A stretch of DNA of 64,000 nt, from NCBI GenBank assembly GCA_008632985.1, contig QPGO01000074.1:124001-188000 (forward strand), given 5' to 3'. Each line of letters starts with the position of its first letter. Position 1 is the stretch's first letter. The position numbers were made by a program, and so were the translations under genes. Shown piece after piece: positions 13,331 through 26,550 of this stretch. The DNA is from Psammoneis japonica (lineage: Eukaryota). Below the pieces are notes generated by a model, which was given only the letters and a program-made list of their open reading frames with translations, did not search any database and was not told the origin of the DNA.

Positions 13331-14419
13331 ATGTGCTGTTTTGAATGAAATTGTTGCTGGAAGAAAGCAAGCAGCCAAAGTAGATTTCGTGGGAAAAGCG
13401 GACTGTGATGGTGACCATTAAGACAAATTTCCAGCATCCAAAAGGAACAAGTGCTCCAATGATGATGAGAAGGGCTTTTTGGCCAAAACCACCCCAAAGA
13501 AAAAGAGAAACAGGCAGCTGCACACACAACAGCACGTCCGCTTCATCCTCCTTGATGAAAGTCATTGGTCGTGACAATGACCAGAACGACAACACTGCCA
13601 CAACCAACACCAAGTCAGAAACAATGATGCCTGGCAGCCAGCAGAAACAACCAGCACATGGACCACCAGGTGCTGCGCCAGATGGAGTGCGAAACAACAG
13701 CCATCAGAAACCGCAAACAGCTGTTGAATTCCTTTTTCAATGCCACAAGATGCAACTTTTCTGCAAAGGTGGTCTGCAAGGCAGTTTGACAGTGGAGAGA
13801 ATGGACCAAGATCCTGTGTCTGGTGTGTGTTCCATCCCCGTTGGAGAAACTCCCTTTCATGTCAAATTGACACAGCCATGCAAGCCCGCCAACAGCTGGT
13901 GCATGGGCTTTGAAGATTGCTCCATGGAATTCTTGGGCTCATTTTTGTGCACCACCATTGCAAACTGAGCCGCTGCAATGGATGCTGGATTGACATTGGA
14001 TTGTTTTTGGGGCAATCATCAAGACTTCAAGGTGGCGGTTCATCCACGCAACTGGAAGAAGAAGAAGTGCGCTGGTTGTTGAAAAATCAAAGCATCTGGC
14101 AGCAGAGATTTTAAGGCACGGATCTTGACGAGTTGGGAACAGGAACAAGGAGGAGGGTTTCTTGAGCTTTGTGCTTCTGTTTCCGACAAGTGGACAAATC
14201 ATGTTCCTTGGGGGTTTTCTTGTGGGATGCATCCAGAACACAGGGGGGCAGATGGTGCACACAAGATCAAAGTTTGCACTGTCCTCTCTGCTTTCAAACC
14301 ACAACAAGATCATCCTTCTCTTCCCAAATGTGCAAATGGCATGTTTCCGGACTGGGCTGCTCTCATTGGCATTGTCAGTGCACGAAATCCACAAAAGACA
14401 AGGGCGTGGGCACAGTGAG

Positions 14420-16605
14420 CGGTGCGGCAATTAATTTTTGAAAAATCAGTGAAAGATGGGCTGTTTTACATGGAAGTGGACTCGCTGACGGACATGTCCA
14501 AAATGACTGCAGACGTGTCCCCCATGGACAGAAAGCTGGACAAAAAGAGTCGGACAAGAAAGTCCATGTCAACCGTGCACACATTTTGCTGAACCACATG
14601 GGAGAATGAGCAATGAAAATGGCGGCAGATCTTGGTTGGAAATTGATGGGCATGCCAAAGACCTGCAAGTTCTGTGTCAAGGCAAAGGCTGCAGCAAAGC
14701 CAACCGCAAAAGCAAGCAACAAGAAAGTGACCAAGCCTGGACAGCAGCTCTGCCCAGACACGTCAGTGCCACACAAAGCAACACGTGGCAAGAATCAATG
14801 TCATGTGGTGACAGTCAATCAGCATGCAGATTGACTTTGGCCAATGCTTCAAGCCATGAAAAATGGTTTTATGGACAATGTGAAGGCTTTGTTGACTAAG
14901 CTGAAGGGTCAAGGGTGCCCAGTTGAGTTCTTGTGGATGGACAACGCGCCGGAGTGGGGTGCACTCAAGCCAATTTGTGATGAAAGTGGGATCACGGTTG
15001 AGCATGCCCCCCCCAAATGCTCCGCAGTTCAACACAGCAGTTGAACAAGCGTTCCCAACAGCACACATCATGGCATGTGCGGCACTGAAAGCATTCAATT
15101 TTGACAAAGACAAGCAAAGTCAAGAATGGCAAATGTGCTGCAGGATTGCACTGTCATTCGTAATTTAGTCCCACATGGGGACTGGAGCAATGCCTGTGAA
15201 CCATTTCAAGAACAGCCACCCGTGAATGCCAAGGACCTGGCAGAGTTTGGTGCAAAGGGGTGGATGACCAAGAGAGACAAGCTCAAGGCCAAATGTTGAG
15301 ATCGTGCCAAGGAGCTTTGTCACGTGGGATGCAGTGAGAACCACTCAAGTGACACATGTGTCTCATTCAAAAGTTGTCTGCTTGTCATTTTGCATTGACA
15401 CATGACGTGACATGGGAGTCCAAATGGCGACATGATCATTTAGACCCTGAGAAGGTGGTCGAGAAAAGCAAACTCTGCGAGTGACTTGGGCAGACAATGC
15501 CAGACCATTGACGGTGGTTGAAGAGACATCATGCCCCTCTCAGTCATCTGCAGGCAACTCCAACTTTCATGATTCTCATTCACAAATTGAGGAGGGAGAA
15601 GAGTGTGCAACGGATGTTGAGGAATCATTGGACAGTGACGAAAGTGACTCTGAGAGAGGTGCACCACCTGATGGACAAGGACAGATGGGTGAAGATTCAG
15701 CCATGAACAGTTGTTTGGAACGCAAGCCAAGCAAGCTGAGGACTTCTTACAACCCAGCTGGTCTCCCAAGCAATGACAAGAATGAAGCAGAAGCAGTGAA
15801 CATGGTTGCAGGATGCGTTGATCTGAAGAACGATCGCAAAGCAATGACAGGCAAAAAAGCTGACAAGTGGTGGAAGGGTTTGGTTGCAGAATGCGATGGA
15901 TTTTTTGACTTTGGCACTTGGATGCTGGTCAAGGAAGCCGAGTTGAAAGGTGCAAAGACATCCAAGCTGCTGAGCATGAAGAATGTCTGCAAGAAGAAAT
16001 TGCACACAAAAGAGGTGCAGTGTTGCGTGTGCAACTGCACTCGGGGGTTCGATGTGACACCCGTGAGTTCATTTTGACAAATCGTTTGCACCTGCTCCGA
16101 CAGATCATGCTGTGAGACTCGCATTGGCAACATCATTGTGGATGCTGGAGCAGTTGGGAGTTGATGACATTGACGAAGCCAAGAAGGAGTGGATTGTCGG
16201 GCATTTGTTCTGCATTGCACAGGCATTTCTGACCTCAGAGATGACTGAGCCACCTGCACATGTGCATCTTCCCCCTGTGTGGAAGGAGCATTGCGAACAC
16301 AAAGGTTGGGAACACAATGAGAACGATCTTGTTTTGCTCGGAAAGGTGCAATGTGGGCAAGTCGATGCCGTGAAGCGCTGGATCGACATGTTTGTCAGAA
16401 TCATGACTGAAAAGGATGGTGTCGGCGAAGCAAGACTGACCCTTGTGTGCTGTGTCGTCATGATGACAAGGTGCAGTTGGAGATCATCATTTTGATGCAT
16501 GTGGACGATGGTTTCCCATGTGGGAAGCCGGAAGTCGTTGAGGAAGCCAAGGACTGTTTGGCAAAACGAGTCAAGATGCTGGACATTGGACAAATTGATG
16601 CTCAT
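14420..16605 (+). mobile_element. Ty1/copia retrotransposon internal fragment (integrase then RT), hypermutated, no LTRs found
   Basis: HHCC finger AHILLNHMGE...CKFCVKAK; MDNAPE...PPNAPQFNTAVEQAF integrase core; RT motif IILMHVDDG (YVDD read as HVDD); copia domain order. Confidence 0.85.
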
Positions 16606-16872
16606 AAGTGCACAGGGCGCGTACCTACAGAACACTTGCCAGTCCATTTCAAACAGTCGGCGCAATATTACAAGAAAGCACACACAGAGCACTCGAAGCG
16701 AGTCAGACAGCTTGGCGGTAGAGTGGATCAAGAGTTTTGGCCAGACCCAATGCCATACGACCCATCCCGACACGAAAATGATTCAGACAACGAAAAGATG
16801 AAGGGAATTCTCATCAAAGGCAAACCGGGATCCAAAGGTTCTGACTGCAGCGGCTGTGGAGGCTGTGGGTGA
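16606..16872 (+). pseudogene. Orphan 3' end of a gene, weakly like glycine-rich-domain (GRDP/DUF1399) proteins
   Basis: C.GRV..EH.P...YYK.......G.....FWP...CSGCGGCG*; normal TA content, abutting the copia fragment. Confidence 0.3.
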
Positions 16873-17029
16873 GCGTTCACGATCCAATGCTTTTACGCGA
16901 CGCCGATTAACCGCGTTCAACACAAGTTTTAGTTTTTGTCAGAGTCTTCCCAAAGTTAGCTTTTGTTATCGCTGCTGTGTTTGTCCACGGGCGCTGAGCG
17001 AATTTGGATTGTCTGGCTCACTTCACCTC

Positions 17030-20000
17030 CTACTCCTCCTCTTCCAGTGCCGACGCTCGACTCTGCTCCAACATCGATCGGAACAAACCATCTTCCCTTT
17101 CCAAAAGGATGCGTGGTTCATCAAACTCTGCCACTTCTCCCTCATCCATTACCAACACTCGATCACTGTCCAGAATGGTGTTGAGTCGGTGCGCAATGGT
17201 GAATACGGTTGCATCGCAAAAGTTTTCGCGGATGACCTGCTGAATAGCAGCATCCGTACGGTTATCAATGCTGGCAGTTGATTCGTCCATGATGAGAACC
17301 CTGGGCCTACGAAGCAAGACGCATGATATCCGCAGCAGTTGCCGTTGCCCATGTGAAAACGTGGTGCCACCCTCGGTAATTGGTTCCTCAAGAGCTTGCG
17401 GCAACTGGGCAACCACTTGGTCCAGCTGTACCTTTGCCAGAGCTTCCCACAATTCCTCGTCTGTTGCATTGCCAAACGGATCCAAATTAAAGCGCACCGT
17501 ACTGGAAAAAAGAACTGGTACCTGCGACAAGACCGTGACGACTCGCCGCAAAGTGTCGGTCCCAATCTCGGCCGTGTCCACCCCGTCGATCAAAATCTTC
17601 CCGCCACCATCTCGATCAATTGGAAAAATGCGCACAAGGGCAGCCACTACACTACTCTTGCCACTTCCCGTCCTACCACAAACACCAACCTTCTCGCCAG
17701 CTCTGATGCTGAAAGATATATTCTTGAGAATGGAAGGCCCATCTCGATAGCGCAGGGATACATTTTGAAATTCAATCTCGCCCTTTGTGGGCCAGTTATT
17801 CATTGTTAGCGGAGGTGATAAAATCGGAGATTCTTGATCAATGTGGTCAGTATAATGAAGGATGCGCTCGACCGAGTTCATCTGTGCTTCGGTCGAGGCC
17901 ATCAATTTGACTCCGTACTTCAAAAAGCTACTCATTTCAATGCTGTATGACAGAGCGAGACCCAGCCATGCAGCTGGTATGAATCCAGATGAGGAGGTGG
18001 CCAGCGCCACACCAGCAGCAAACGCACTCACGAGAGCGCCAAGGATATCGAGTCTGATAGCGAGCCAAAAGTTGCAATGCTGGAGGAGAGTGTAGGATGT
18101 GTTCATCTGATTAAGCAAGGCCTGGAACTGTTGAAAGAAATGATTTTCCGCCCCGAATGCGCGAATAGTGGAGGTTCCCGAAAGAGTTTGAGAAAAATTG
18201 GAGAATATCGGGGAGCAGGCTGTAGAGTTGATGCGTTGAAGTTCGGTGGAAGTCTTGCGAAACCAATTCTGAATCCTGAAGTATGCATAGGTCATTGGGC
18301 CAAGAGGGGCAAGAAAGGTCCCTTTTGTTGCCGCGACCATTGCCGCAACGGACCCAAGAATAGAAAAGAGGGTAGATAAGCCATTGGATAGACTCTGCGT
18401 CAACTCCACATCAACCTTATCCATGTCGGCGGCAAAGCAATTCAAGATACGACCAACGGGATTTAGGTCAAAGAAACCTACCGGAGCCCGAAGAATGGCG
18501 CCTGTAAGCCTGTCGTGCAACCTTGTTGAAGCACATAAGCGGTGACGCGCTAGGAGGAGGGACCGAGCAACAAAACCTGAAATGGCGGTCAAACAAAGGA
18601 AGGCATACACCTTCAGATCGTAGTTCGCCTTGGAGGTTAAACTGCTGTTGTACTTTGCCCACTGCGCCAGCCAGAAACATGACAGGACCTCACAGCCGCG
18701 AGACAAAACTTGGATGATGATCGCCATAACTGCAGTGCAATACCCTCCAAGTCTTACGTAGTCAAAATACACAGCACTGTCAACACTTCCCACATTACGT
18801 TCCTCTTCTGAGATAAGCATCGCCCCGGCACTCGTACCTGTCGCAGATCTTTCTCTTTCCGTCTCCTTCGTAGCATGGTCGACCTTACTGACGCCATCCT
18901 GCTCCAGCGAAGCTATTGTAGCTCTCGTTGCCTCCACCGCTCGAGAAAAATCAACTCCGAGGGCAATCAAATCCTTGTACGACCCTTGGTATTTGATGTG
19001 TCCCTGTTCCAAGACAACGATCCAATCACATTGAGACAATATACGTGTCTGATGAGTCACAAGAACGCGGGTCATACCGACGGAGAGATTGCCGGCAATA
19101 GCTTGGGAGAAGATATGGTCTGCAACATGTACATCAACAGCAGACAATGGGTCATCCAGCAGCGCAATCGCTGTTTGAGTCGAGTAGAGGGCTCGAGCAA
19201 GTGCTATGCGAGCATTTTGGCCACCCGACAAATTCACTCCTCTCTCGCCTAGCTCAGTCAAGTCGGAAGCGGGAAGGGCGGCAAGGTCTGGTAGAAGGGC
19301 ACAGGCCTCGATTACTTTGTCATACCGCTCCTTGTCAAACTCGCGCCCAAACAAGATGTTTCCACGCAACGTGTCATTGACAATCCAAGGTGACTGGCCG
19401 CAATGTGAAAGAAAATTGGAAGGAGCATTATTGGGCCGAGGAATAGAAACCGTGGATGTACCGATGGGTTCCATTTCACCAAGGATCGCCGATAAAAGGG
19501 ACGACTTTCCTGAACCTACTCGACCAACAATAGCAACAAGACTTCCTGGCCAGACAGATAGGGTTACGTCCGACAATGTGATGGTTGGATGAGAATGACT
19601 GGCGCTTCCCCGCCCCCCTTCCTCCAATTCAGACATCAGTGGTGCTTGATCGGACTTTTCTTTTTGTCGCCGATGCCGACTCGCGAATAAGCAGAACCAT
19701 CGTCGCTTCTTCTTTCCATCTGCTCCAGTGTCTTCTTTACCGCGAGCCTTGGCCCAGCCAAAGCTCCCCGAGCGAATCGAAATACTGCCGTACTCTGCAA
19801 GTGGACTGCGGTCATGGCGAGACAACGTCTGAACGGTGCCACAATTAGCATGATTATCTAATGGAGGCGACTCCACGTAGTTTGAGAGTTCCGGCAAATT
19901 CAAGAATTCTTCCAACCGCCTTAAAGCGATTCGACTCTGGCTGTATTTCATCATACCCATGGGGAAAAATGCTATGGGAAATCGCATAAAATTAAACAAG

Positions 20001-21431
20001 GCCACTGTAGTAAATGCCTTGGCCGCATCCAGTGGTTTACCATATGCCCAAAACACCAGAATGGGCTGCACCAAGGGTACCGACATGAGTAAAAGGGAAA
20101 AGGCAACCGCCGAAGTATAGGCCAACCGTGTCAAGGCCTGCATCTCTTGCCGTCGAATCGTATCCACCCGTGAACGAAAAGCTTCTTCCCATGCATTATA
20201 CTTGATGGTACGAATGCCAGTCAGAATCTCGTTCATCCACGTGACGCGGCGATCGGAATGCCGGAGAACCAGCCTTCGATGACGCGTAATGATGGCAAAT
20301 ACAAAGACGTTTACGGGAGCGAGCGCTACCATAAAACCGGCGCCAGTCCAAGTGGCATGCCCCACCTATACGTTGTCGAGAGAGTAATGAGAGCAAAAAG
20401 AAAAGAAGGAGGTTGGTCATTTGGGATAGTTGAAAATAAGGTTGTCGCATCACCACTCCGCCCAATAACAGCACAATTAACAGTATACATGCCTGTTGGT
20501 AAATGAGAATCAATGACAAGACAATCTGTAGAGGCGCCACAAAAGCATTTCCGGCAAATTGAATCATGCGTTGAAGCTGCGAGGCATCGTTAGACATGAA
20601 ATTGAGGACTTGGCCCGTGGAAATAACCTGTGCCGAGACCTTGAGTGATTTGTCGTAGAGCATTGTGCTGACAGCAGTTCGGGCAAAAGCGGAGAAGTGG
20701 GCCATGATGCTTTGATAACGAACGAGTAGGAGAGAACTGAGGATAGGCACCACAGCCAGAGCTGCCACTTGCACCCTCGGGTCATGCAGTAGCAGCACCA
20801 AACGAGAAGAAAAAGTGGAGTGGGTGGAAGAAGAGTCACTGTAATAGAAGTCTTGAATGGACTGTTCCGAATCAAAAAAGAGCACCAAATCGTGGAGCAC
20901 GAGAATTGGGACAAATCCCATCAAGGCAGAGACAAAGTAACAGACCAGTGCCGATGCAACTCTCCCATATCCAAAGCCTTCCAAAAGTGCAAGGGCAAAA
21001 CTCGGGCGGCTGTTGCCGGTCTTTTGGAGTAATTTTTGTCGACGCCAAGCCCGCATGATTCGACGATGGACGCGCTCAGCCCTGTCTTGTTGAGAGGGAG
21101 CACCAAGGTCATCGGGTTTGAGGGTAGATCGCGCACCTTTGGACAGGAGTGGATTCAAGTAGCTCAGCTCCCAACGCTCCGTCCACCTGGCACGGTCTTC
21201 CAATGAGGAATCAAGTTGCTGATGATGGGCACTTTCTTTCTTCCTAGACTCATTATCACCGAAGTCAATGAAACAGTCGCCTCTAGTTCGTTTCCAAAAT
21301 CTCCGAGGGAAACATTCATGCCGTCTGCCTTTGCTCCCACCGTCCTGGTCTCTGACATCGTTGTTTTGGTTGTGGTTGTGACTCTTGGGCACGTGCACTG
21401 CCTCCGAGGTTCGATTCCGCATTGTGACCAT
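17030..21431 (-). CDS. ABCC/MRP-type ABC transporter; exons 21431-20493 and 20365-17030 with a GC-AG intron
   Basis: TMD-NBD-TMD-NBD layout; [56 protein letters not shown]. Confidence 0.92.
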
Positions 21432-22029
21432 GAAAAGTTGTGGCGAACCAATCCGAGCTCGTACATTATCACTTGAGTGCAAGTGATTACGACCTGCTTC
21501 GCTTCAACACCATGCTCGTGCGTGGTGTGCCGTGCTCATGCTTTACTGTGCAGTACGGCCGGCACCATGCACAGCGCTGCGGGGAAAAGTGAGCCCGCGT
21601 CACCGCTCTTCGCGCAGAAAGAACAACGGTCATGAGCCACACATCACATAAATTTGCGCTTCAGCACCTTGAAAACTTGCTGCATTGTTCCGACAAATTC
21701 CGAGCCACCACCTGTGCTCAGCACCCAATGGAACAACAACACGACAATGGCACAAATTCTGTTTGTTGAATGCAATGGAGGCACTCCAGCGTCGAAATCG
21801 CTTCGCAAGATCATCCCACACATTGTTTGTGACAAAGTTGTGAAGAGACTCAGATGGTGCTGAAGCTCCTCAATTGCGCTCAATGAACGGCATTTGTGCT
21901 GTTGTGGTGGTGTTGTTCGCACGGTGAGTGCAAATGCTCATGTCTGTTTTTTCCATGGGTGACTCACAACTCAGCAAAAACATGGCCAATTTCAGTCGAT
22001 TTCTGCTGCATGCACGCAAAAAACAAGGG

Positions 22030-22166
22030 CATTGAAAGGTGCTCCTTTTTTTAAAAGGTGTTGGATTTTTAAGCCATTTTTAAAAGGTGCTGAAAATTAA
22101 AAAGGTGCCAACTTTTCAGGCTTTTTTTAAGGTGCTGGATTTTTAAAAGTGCCAAGTGTGGCACTG
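22030..22166. repeat. Cluster of AAAGGTG(C/T) motifs, possibly a DNA-transposon subterminal array
   Basis: About six aa(a)ggtgc/aagtgc units separated by T/A runs, ending gtgtggcactg (reverse complement starts CAGTG). Confidence 0.4.
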
Positions 22167-24125
22167 TCTGCACATTGCACCAAGCACAACAACTCGCACA
22201 TCCATGAGACTGCCGTGTCAAAACTTGTGGCACCAGGTGCTTCTGCTTCATTTGCTCTGAGTGAGACAGGCAGACAACAAGGGCGCACATTCAACTGACC
22301 CAGTGCACACACCCAAAACACTGACAAGACAACCCCCTGCTTGCCTGGGGTGGGTGGGTCAGCTGTGGTGATTTTTTTCTCAAAGCTGCTGCAAAACAGG
22401 AGGCCCGCTGAAGACAATTTTCACAAAAGTGCTGCAAATCCACTCATCAGCACCAGCTTTGATTTCCTTTTGTTGAGCATGGGCCATCTTGTTGCTTGCT
22501 GTGTGAAGGCCCCTCCACTGTGGCAGCAGATCCACCACACTTCCCCCCCTCTGCTTGCACCCGGCAATGAGCTGAGGAGAAGGAGAGCACACAGAAAGAG
22601 TTGTTTGAGAAATGAGATGAGCTCTGCCACCAGAGGAGGCAGCTGAATGGGTGTGATCACAGGGGGGCGCCTTTGCTTTGATTGGGCACTTTGCTGAATG
22701 GCTGCTGTGTCTCATTGTTGGCACAAACAAGGAGCTGAGATGAAAACACTCCATGCTTCAATGACTGACAATGTTGCGCTTGTCAATCTTGGGGAGAAGG
22801 ATGTCCACATGCTCTTGGGCTTCATTGGATGATGTTCTTTGTCACACTGGCAGCAACCTCTCTGACCAACTTTTGATGATGGAGCTTGCAGCCCACAAAT
22901 GGTCAGGTTCAGCAGGCAGAGAGTGTGAAATGTTGCACAGTCCATCATCATCAGCAACATGCTCTGTCTTGTGCTTGTTGTTGTTGTGCTTTGTTGCCCA
23001 ACTCTGACAAGCTTGCAAAGTTGAAGATGTGACTTGGCAGAGTTTTCAACCACACTGTGATCCAACAAGTCCTGGCAGGCCAGATTTTTTCCTCTGGATC
23101 TTTGCCATTGTCAAAGCTGGCTTGCTCTTACAGCAACATCAGAAATTCAAGTTCCTTGATCTGCCAGCAATCCATTCCTCACATCCTTGTTCATTCACTC
23201 AGCAAATTGGGCCTTGTTTGTTGTCCCTGCCACAAAGCCACAAGCTGAGCAACGTTGCCTGCTAAAGTGCCAGTCATTTGAGTGCAAAGAGGAGAGGCTT
23301 CTTTTTGTCCAAATGTTCAAGATGAGCTGTTCAAGGACACATTTTGTTTGCAGCCTGTCCAGATGCTCATGTCAAACAAGCTGAGGACAAATCAAGGCAT
23401 GTGGGCCCACTTTTCTCTCAAGCTTTTCGATGGCCACCATCAATGAGGTCATGGAGAAAAAGAATGCCAACAGCACTGTTGGCTTTTTCAGGGAGTTGAG
23501 CACAAGGAAGGTGCTTCTGTTGATGATTTAGAATCAATGAGGATCAATGGTTGTTCTTGGGTGAGGTTGGCCTGTGGTGTTTCACAAGCTGAGCAAGTCC
23601 GCCATCTTCGGGTGCAAAGAAAAGGCTTGGGGAGGTCTGTTTCATGTTTCATGTGGCTTCAAGGAGAGAGACATGTGTTGTTGACTTTCTTGTCAAGAAC
23701 TCCAAGAATCAGTCAGAGGATGCTTCTGATGTGACCCAGTCCCAAGTTTTGTTGCCACACACTTGCTCAACACGGAGCACATTGCCCAGCCACATTGAAG
23801 GTGTTTTGAATCCCCAAATGAAGGTGGCCACCAAATGCAACAAGTGGCACATCTTGTTCTTCACTTCATTCAGTCAATTTTGTTGAGCAAATTTCTGTGT
23901 GAGGCTGTTGTCATCGTGCAATCCATGAAGCAAACTGTGGCATTTTCTCAATGGCTGGTGTGTGTGTTGATGTTTTGCCAGGACACCAGCTTTGCAGAGT
24001 CCTGCAGTGATTTTGCACTGGGCAGCAGAGTGTTTGTGTGATGGAAGAAGATTGGCATGGTGGGGCAAAGCTCAGGATAGATCAAGCACACCTTTTCATT
24101 GACCACTCAGTGGTTGGTGATTGCA

Positions 24126-24163
24126 NNNNNNNNNNNNNNNNNNNNNNNNNNNNNNNNNNNNNN
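24126..24163. other. Assembly gap (N run) followed by a G run
   Basis: 38 N characters. Confidence 0.98.
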
Positions 24164-24460
24164 GGGGGGGGGGGGTGTTCAGGCAGTTGGGCAGTCGGTC
24201 TGCCCAAATTTGAGAGTGTGTCCCTCAGATTTTGGAACAGTGTGTGTTGTTCAGCACAAATGGATCATTTGGATTCAGAGAATTTTGATCATTGAGGACA
24301 TTGGAGGTCATGGGGACATCCTAAAAAAATTGACCAATTCCCTGCAATGGGTGTGTGGAACTGTTTTTCAGAAGAGCTCGAAAGTGCTGTGAAATTGGGA
24401 TTGCTGGCAAGGCTTGTTCAAAAATGCACCAAGCTTTGTGTGGACAGAATTTATCATGAA

Positions 24461-24646
24461 TTGCATGCAAAACAGCCACATTGGAAAAAACATGTCAAAT
24501 GACAAGTGAGCTCATGCGATGCACCATTTTGTTGGTGAATTGGACAAAAAAGAGTGTCCGTGCACCTCACTGCAGCCCCAAAAATGGCACAAGCCATCAA
24601 ACACAACAGTCATCTGCATCACTGGTGTGGTGGCCACGCCACCCTG
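24461..24646 (+). repeat. Dispersed ~185 bp direct repeat, copy 1 (copy 2 at 26364-26550)
   Basis: Shared cores caaaacag, gtgtccgtgcacct, ctgcagccc, aaaatggcac, agccatcaaa, gtcatctgcatca. Confidence 0.85.
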
Positions 24647-25379
24647 AAGCTCCAACAGAGCAGCATTTGATGGCGTGAGAACCTGAATGTCACAAAAACA
24701 TCATTCATGTTCTTTCTGATGATGGTGCATTGAGGCAGATGGTTTTCAATGTGTGGTGATGAGTGACATGAGACATGAACACAGCTGTTGTTCAGGAGCA
24801 AGAAGTGTGACAGCCATTGTGACAACACAATTGCCAGATGAGTTGGGAATTCCATCGAGGTTGTTTGCATTCAGTCATGTCCATCATTTTGTGAAAAGGA
24901 GCCCGCACCAGATTTTTCTGGTGGGTTTTGCACCAGCCTTTCCGTAAATGAGAAGTGGAGTGCAGAGGCTCAAGGATGCAGCGACTGCAAAAAAACAACA
25001 AATTGAGTTGCTTGAAACCACCAAAAGAGCAAGGTGTTGACAATGGATGATGTCTGTTGCATTGCAGACATTGCATGTGTCATTGCCTCAGTGTGCCACA
25101 TGCATTGAAACAAGCATGGTTCAATGCAATCCTGTCACAGGGAGGAGGTGCAAAGTTTCTGGGGTGGAGCTTGCCATGAAAGAAAAGGGCCACAATGGCA
25201 TCTGTGGTCAAAGAGCACATGTGTGTGCAAAGCAGGCAAGGAAAGGTCTGGATTTGCATCTTTGAAGTTGTCAGATGCAGCTTGGCATGGGCAAGAGTGT
25301 GCTGAATGCAGTGAAAGACAATGGAGACTCATTGGCAACATGCTCTGTCACATTTTTGCTTTTCCTTGCCATCAAGCAC

Positions 25380-26360
25380 CTTGCAAAAGCATGTCATTGC
25401 TGGACTTAGATGAAGAAGGAGCAATGTCTGGTTGTCTCACTCCAAAAAACCATGACACAACAATTGAAGCCAAACAGGAGACAAGGCCAACAAAAGACAA
25501 ACTTTGGGCTTTGCTGCAAACTTTTGAGTTGGATGAGAATCACAATGGAAGCTTCTGCCATTTTACAGCAGAGGAGCCATTGATGTGCACGCCATCCAAA
25601 ATGTCAACAAATGTTTCTCACAAAAAGCTTGCCAATTCAATGGATTTTGGTGTTTCTGAGAATGGGTGGGAGAAGGGACACAGGTTTCTTGTGATGCATC
25701 TGGATGAGAAATTCTGCCACTTGATTGGGCCAGAAGCAACAGCAATGTGGGTGCCACATTTCCCAGTGTTTCATGACAAAATGTGCCACTGTCTGAAGAA
25801 GGAGAAAACGCAAATGACACATGGAATGTGGCACAAGGTGTCATGGAACCACCTTTCTTGTGTGCCCAAATGACTGGAGCTTGACATGTGCTTCTTCACA
25901 ACTGATGCCTCTGTCTGCCAATGCTGCTGCCTTGGGTCCAGACCAGTCAGTGATGGGGCACAAAAGCTCTTCATGCATGCAATGCAGCAGTCCATTTGGG
26001 ACAGACATCATCACACACATGCCATTAAGATGCTGTCTCAGTGTGGTCCATGTGGCATGATGTTGGTGACATGTGGTCCCACATCAGCTTGTGAGCAAGA
26101 TCTGACTCTGTGTCAGTGGAGCCAGTGGGACAACTGCATTTGTGATTTGTGTTTGCAGAGACTTGGACGTGTCTTCACATGCTGACTCCACATTCAGTGG
26201 GTGTTGGTTCTGCACAAGAATGTGACATGAACCTCTTCCAGCCTTGGGCTGTGAATTGCTGATTGGATTGGAAAAATGAAAATTGCAACCTCAACAGCAC
26301 CTGTCAATCAATTAAACTCAGATGCACAAGGCCAGAACAGCTGTTCCCGCTGCTGACAAT
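25380..26360 (+). mobile_element. PIF/Harbinger (DDE_Tnp_4-like) transposase pseudogene
   Basis: FFTTDAS...SRP...AQKLF...HTHAIKM...GPCGM...GPTSACEQDL, then ADSTF and EN.NLNSTCQSIK...QLFPLL; contains stops and frameshifts. Confidence 0.65.
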
Positions 26361-26363
26361 GGA

Positions 26364-26550
26364 TTGTGCACAAAACAGTCATGTTGGAAAAAAACATGAC
26401 AAACAACAAGTGGGTTTGTGCAATGCACTGTTTGGGCAACAAATTGGGGAAAAAATTGTGTCCGTGCACCTTGCTGCAGCCCTGAAAATGGCACGAGCCA
26501 TCAAATGCAATGGTCATCTGCATCATCGGTGCAGCGGCCATGCTGCCCTG
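26364..26550 (+). repeat. Dispersed ~185 bp direct repeat, copy 2
   Basis: Aligns to 24461-24646; differences dominated by CA/TG swaps. Confidence 0.85.

Noticed and set aside
12840..17000. LTRs for the copia fragment
   Set aside because: No direct repeat pair, PBS or PPT found on either side.
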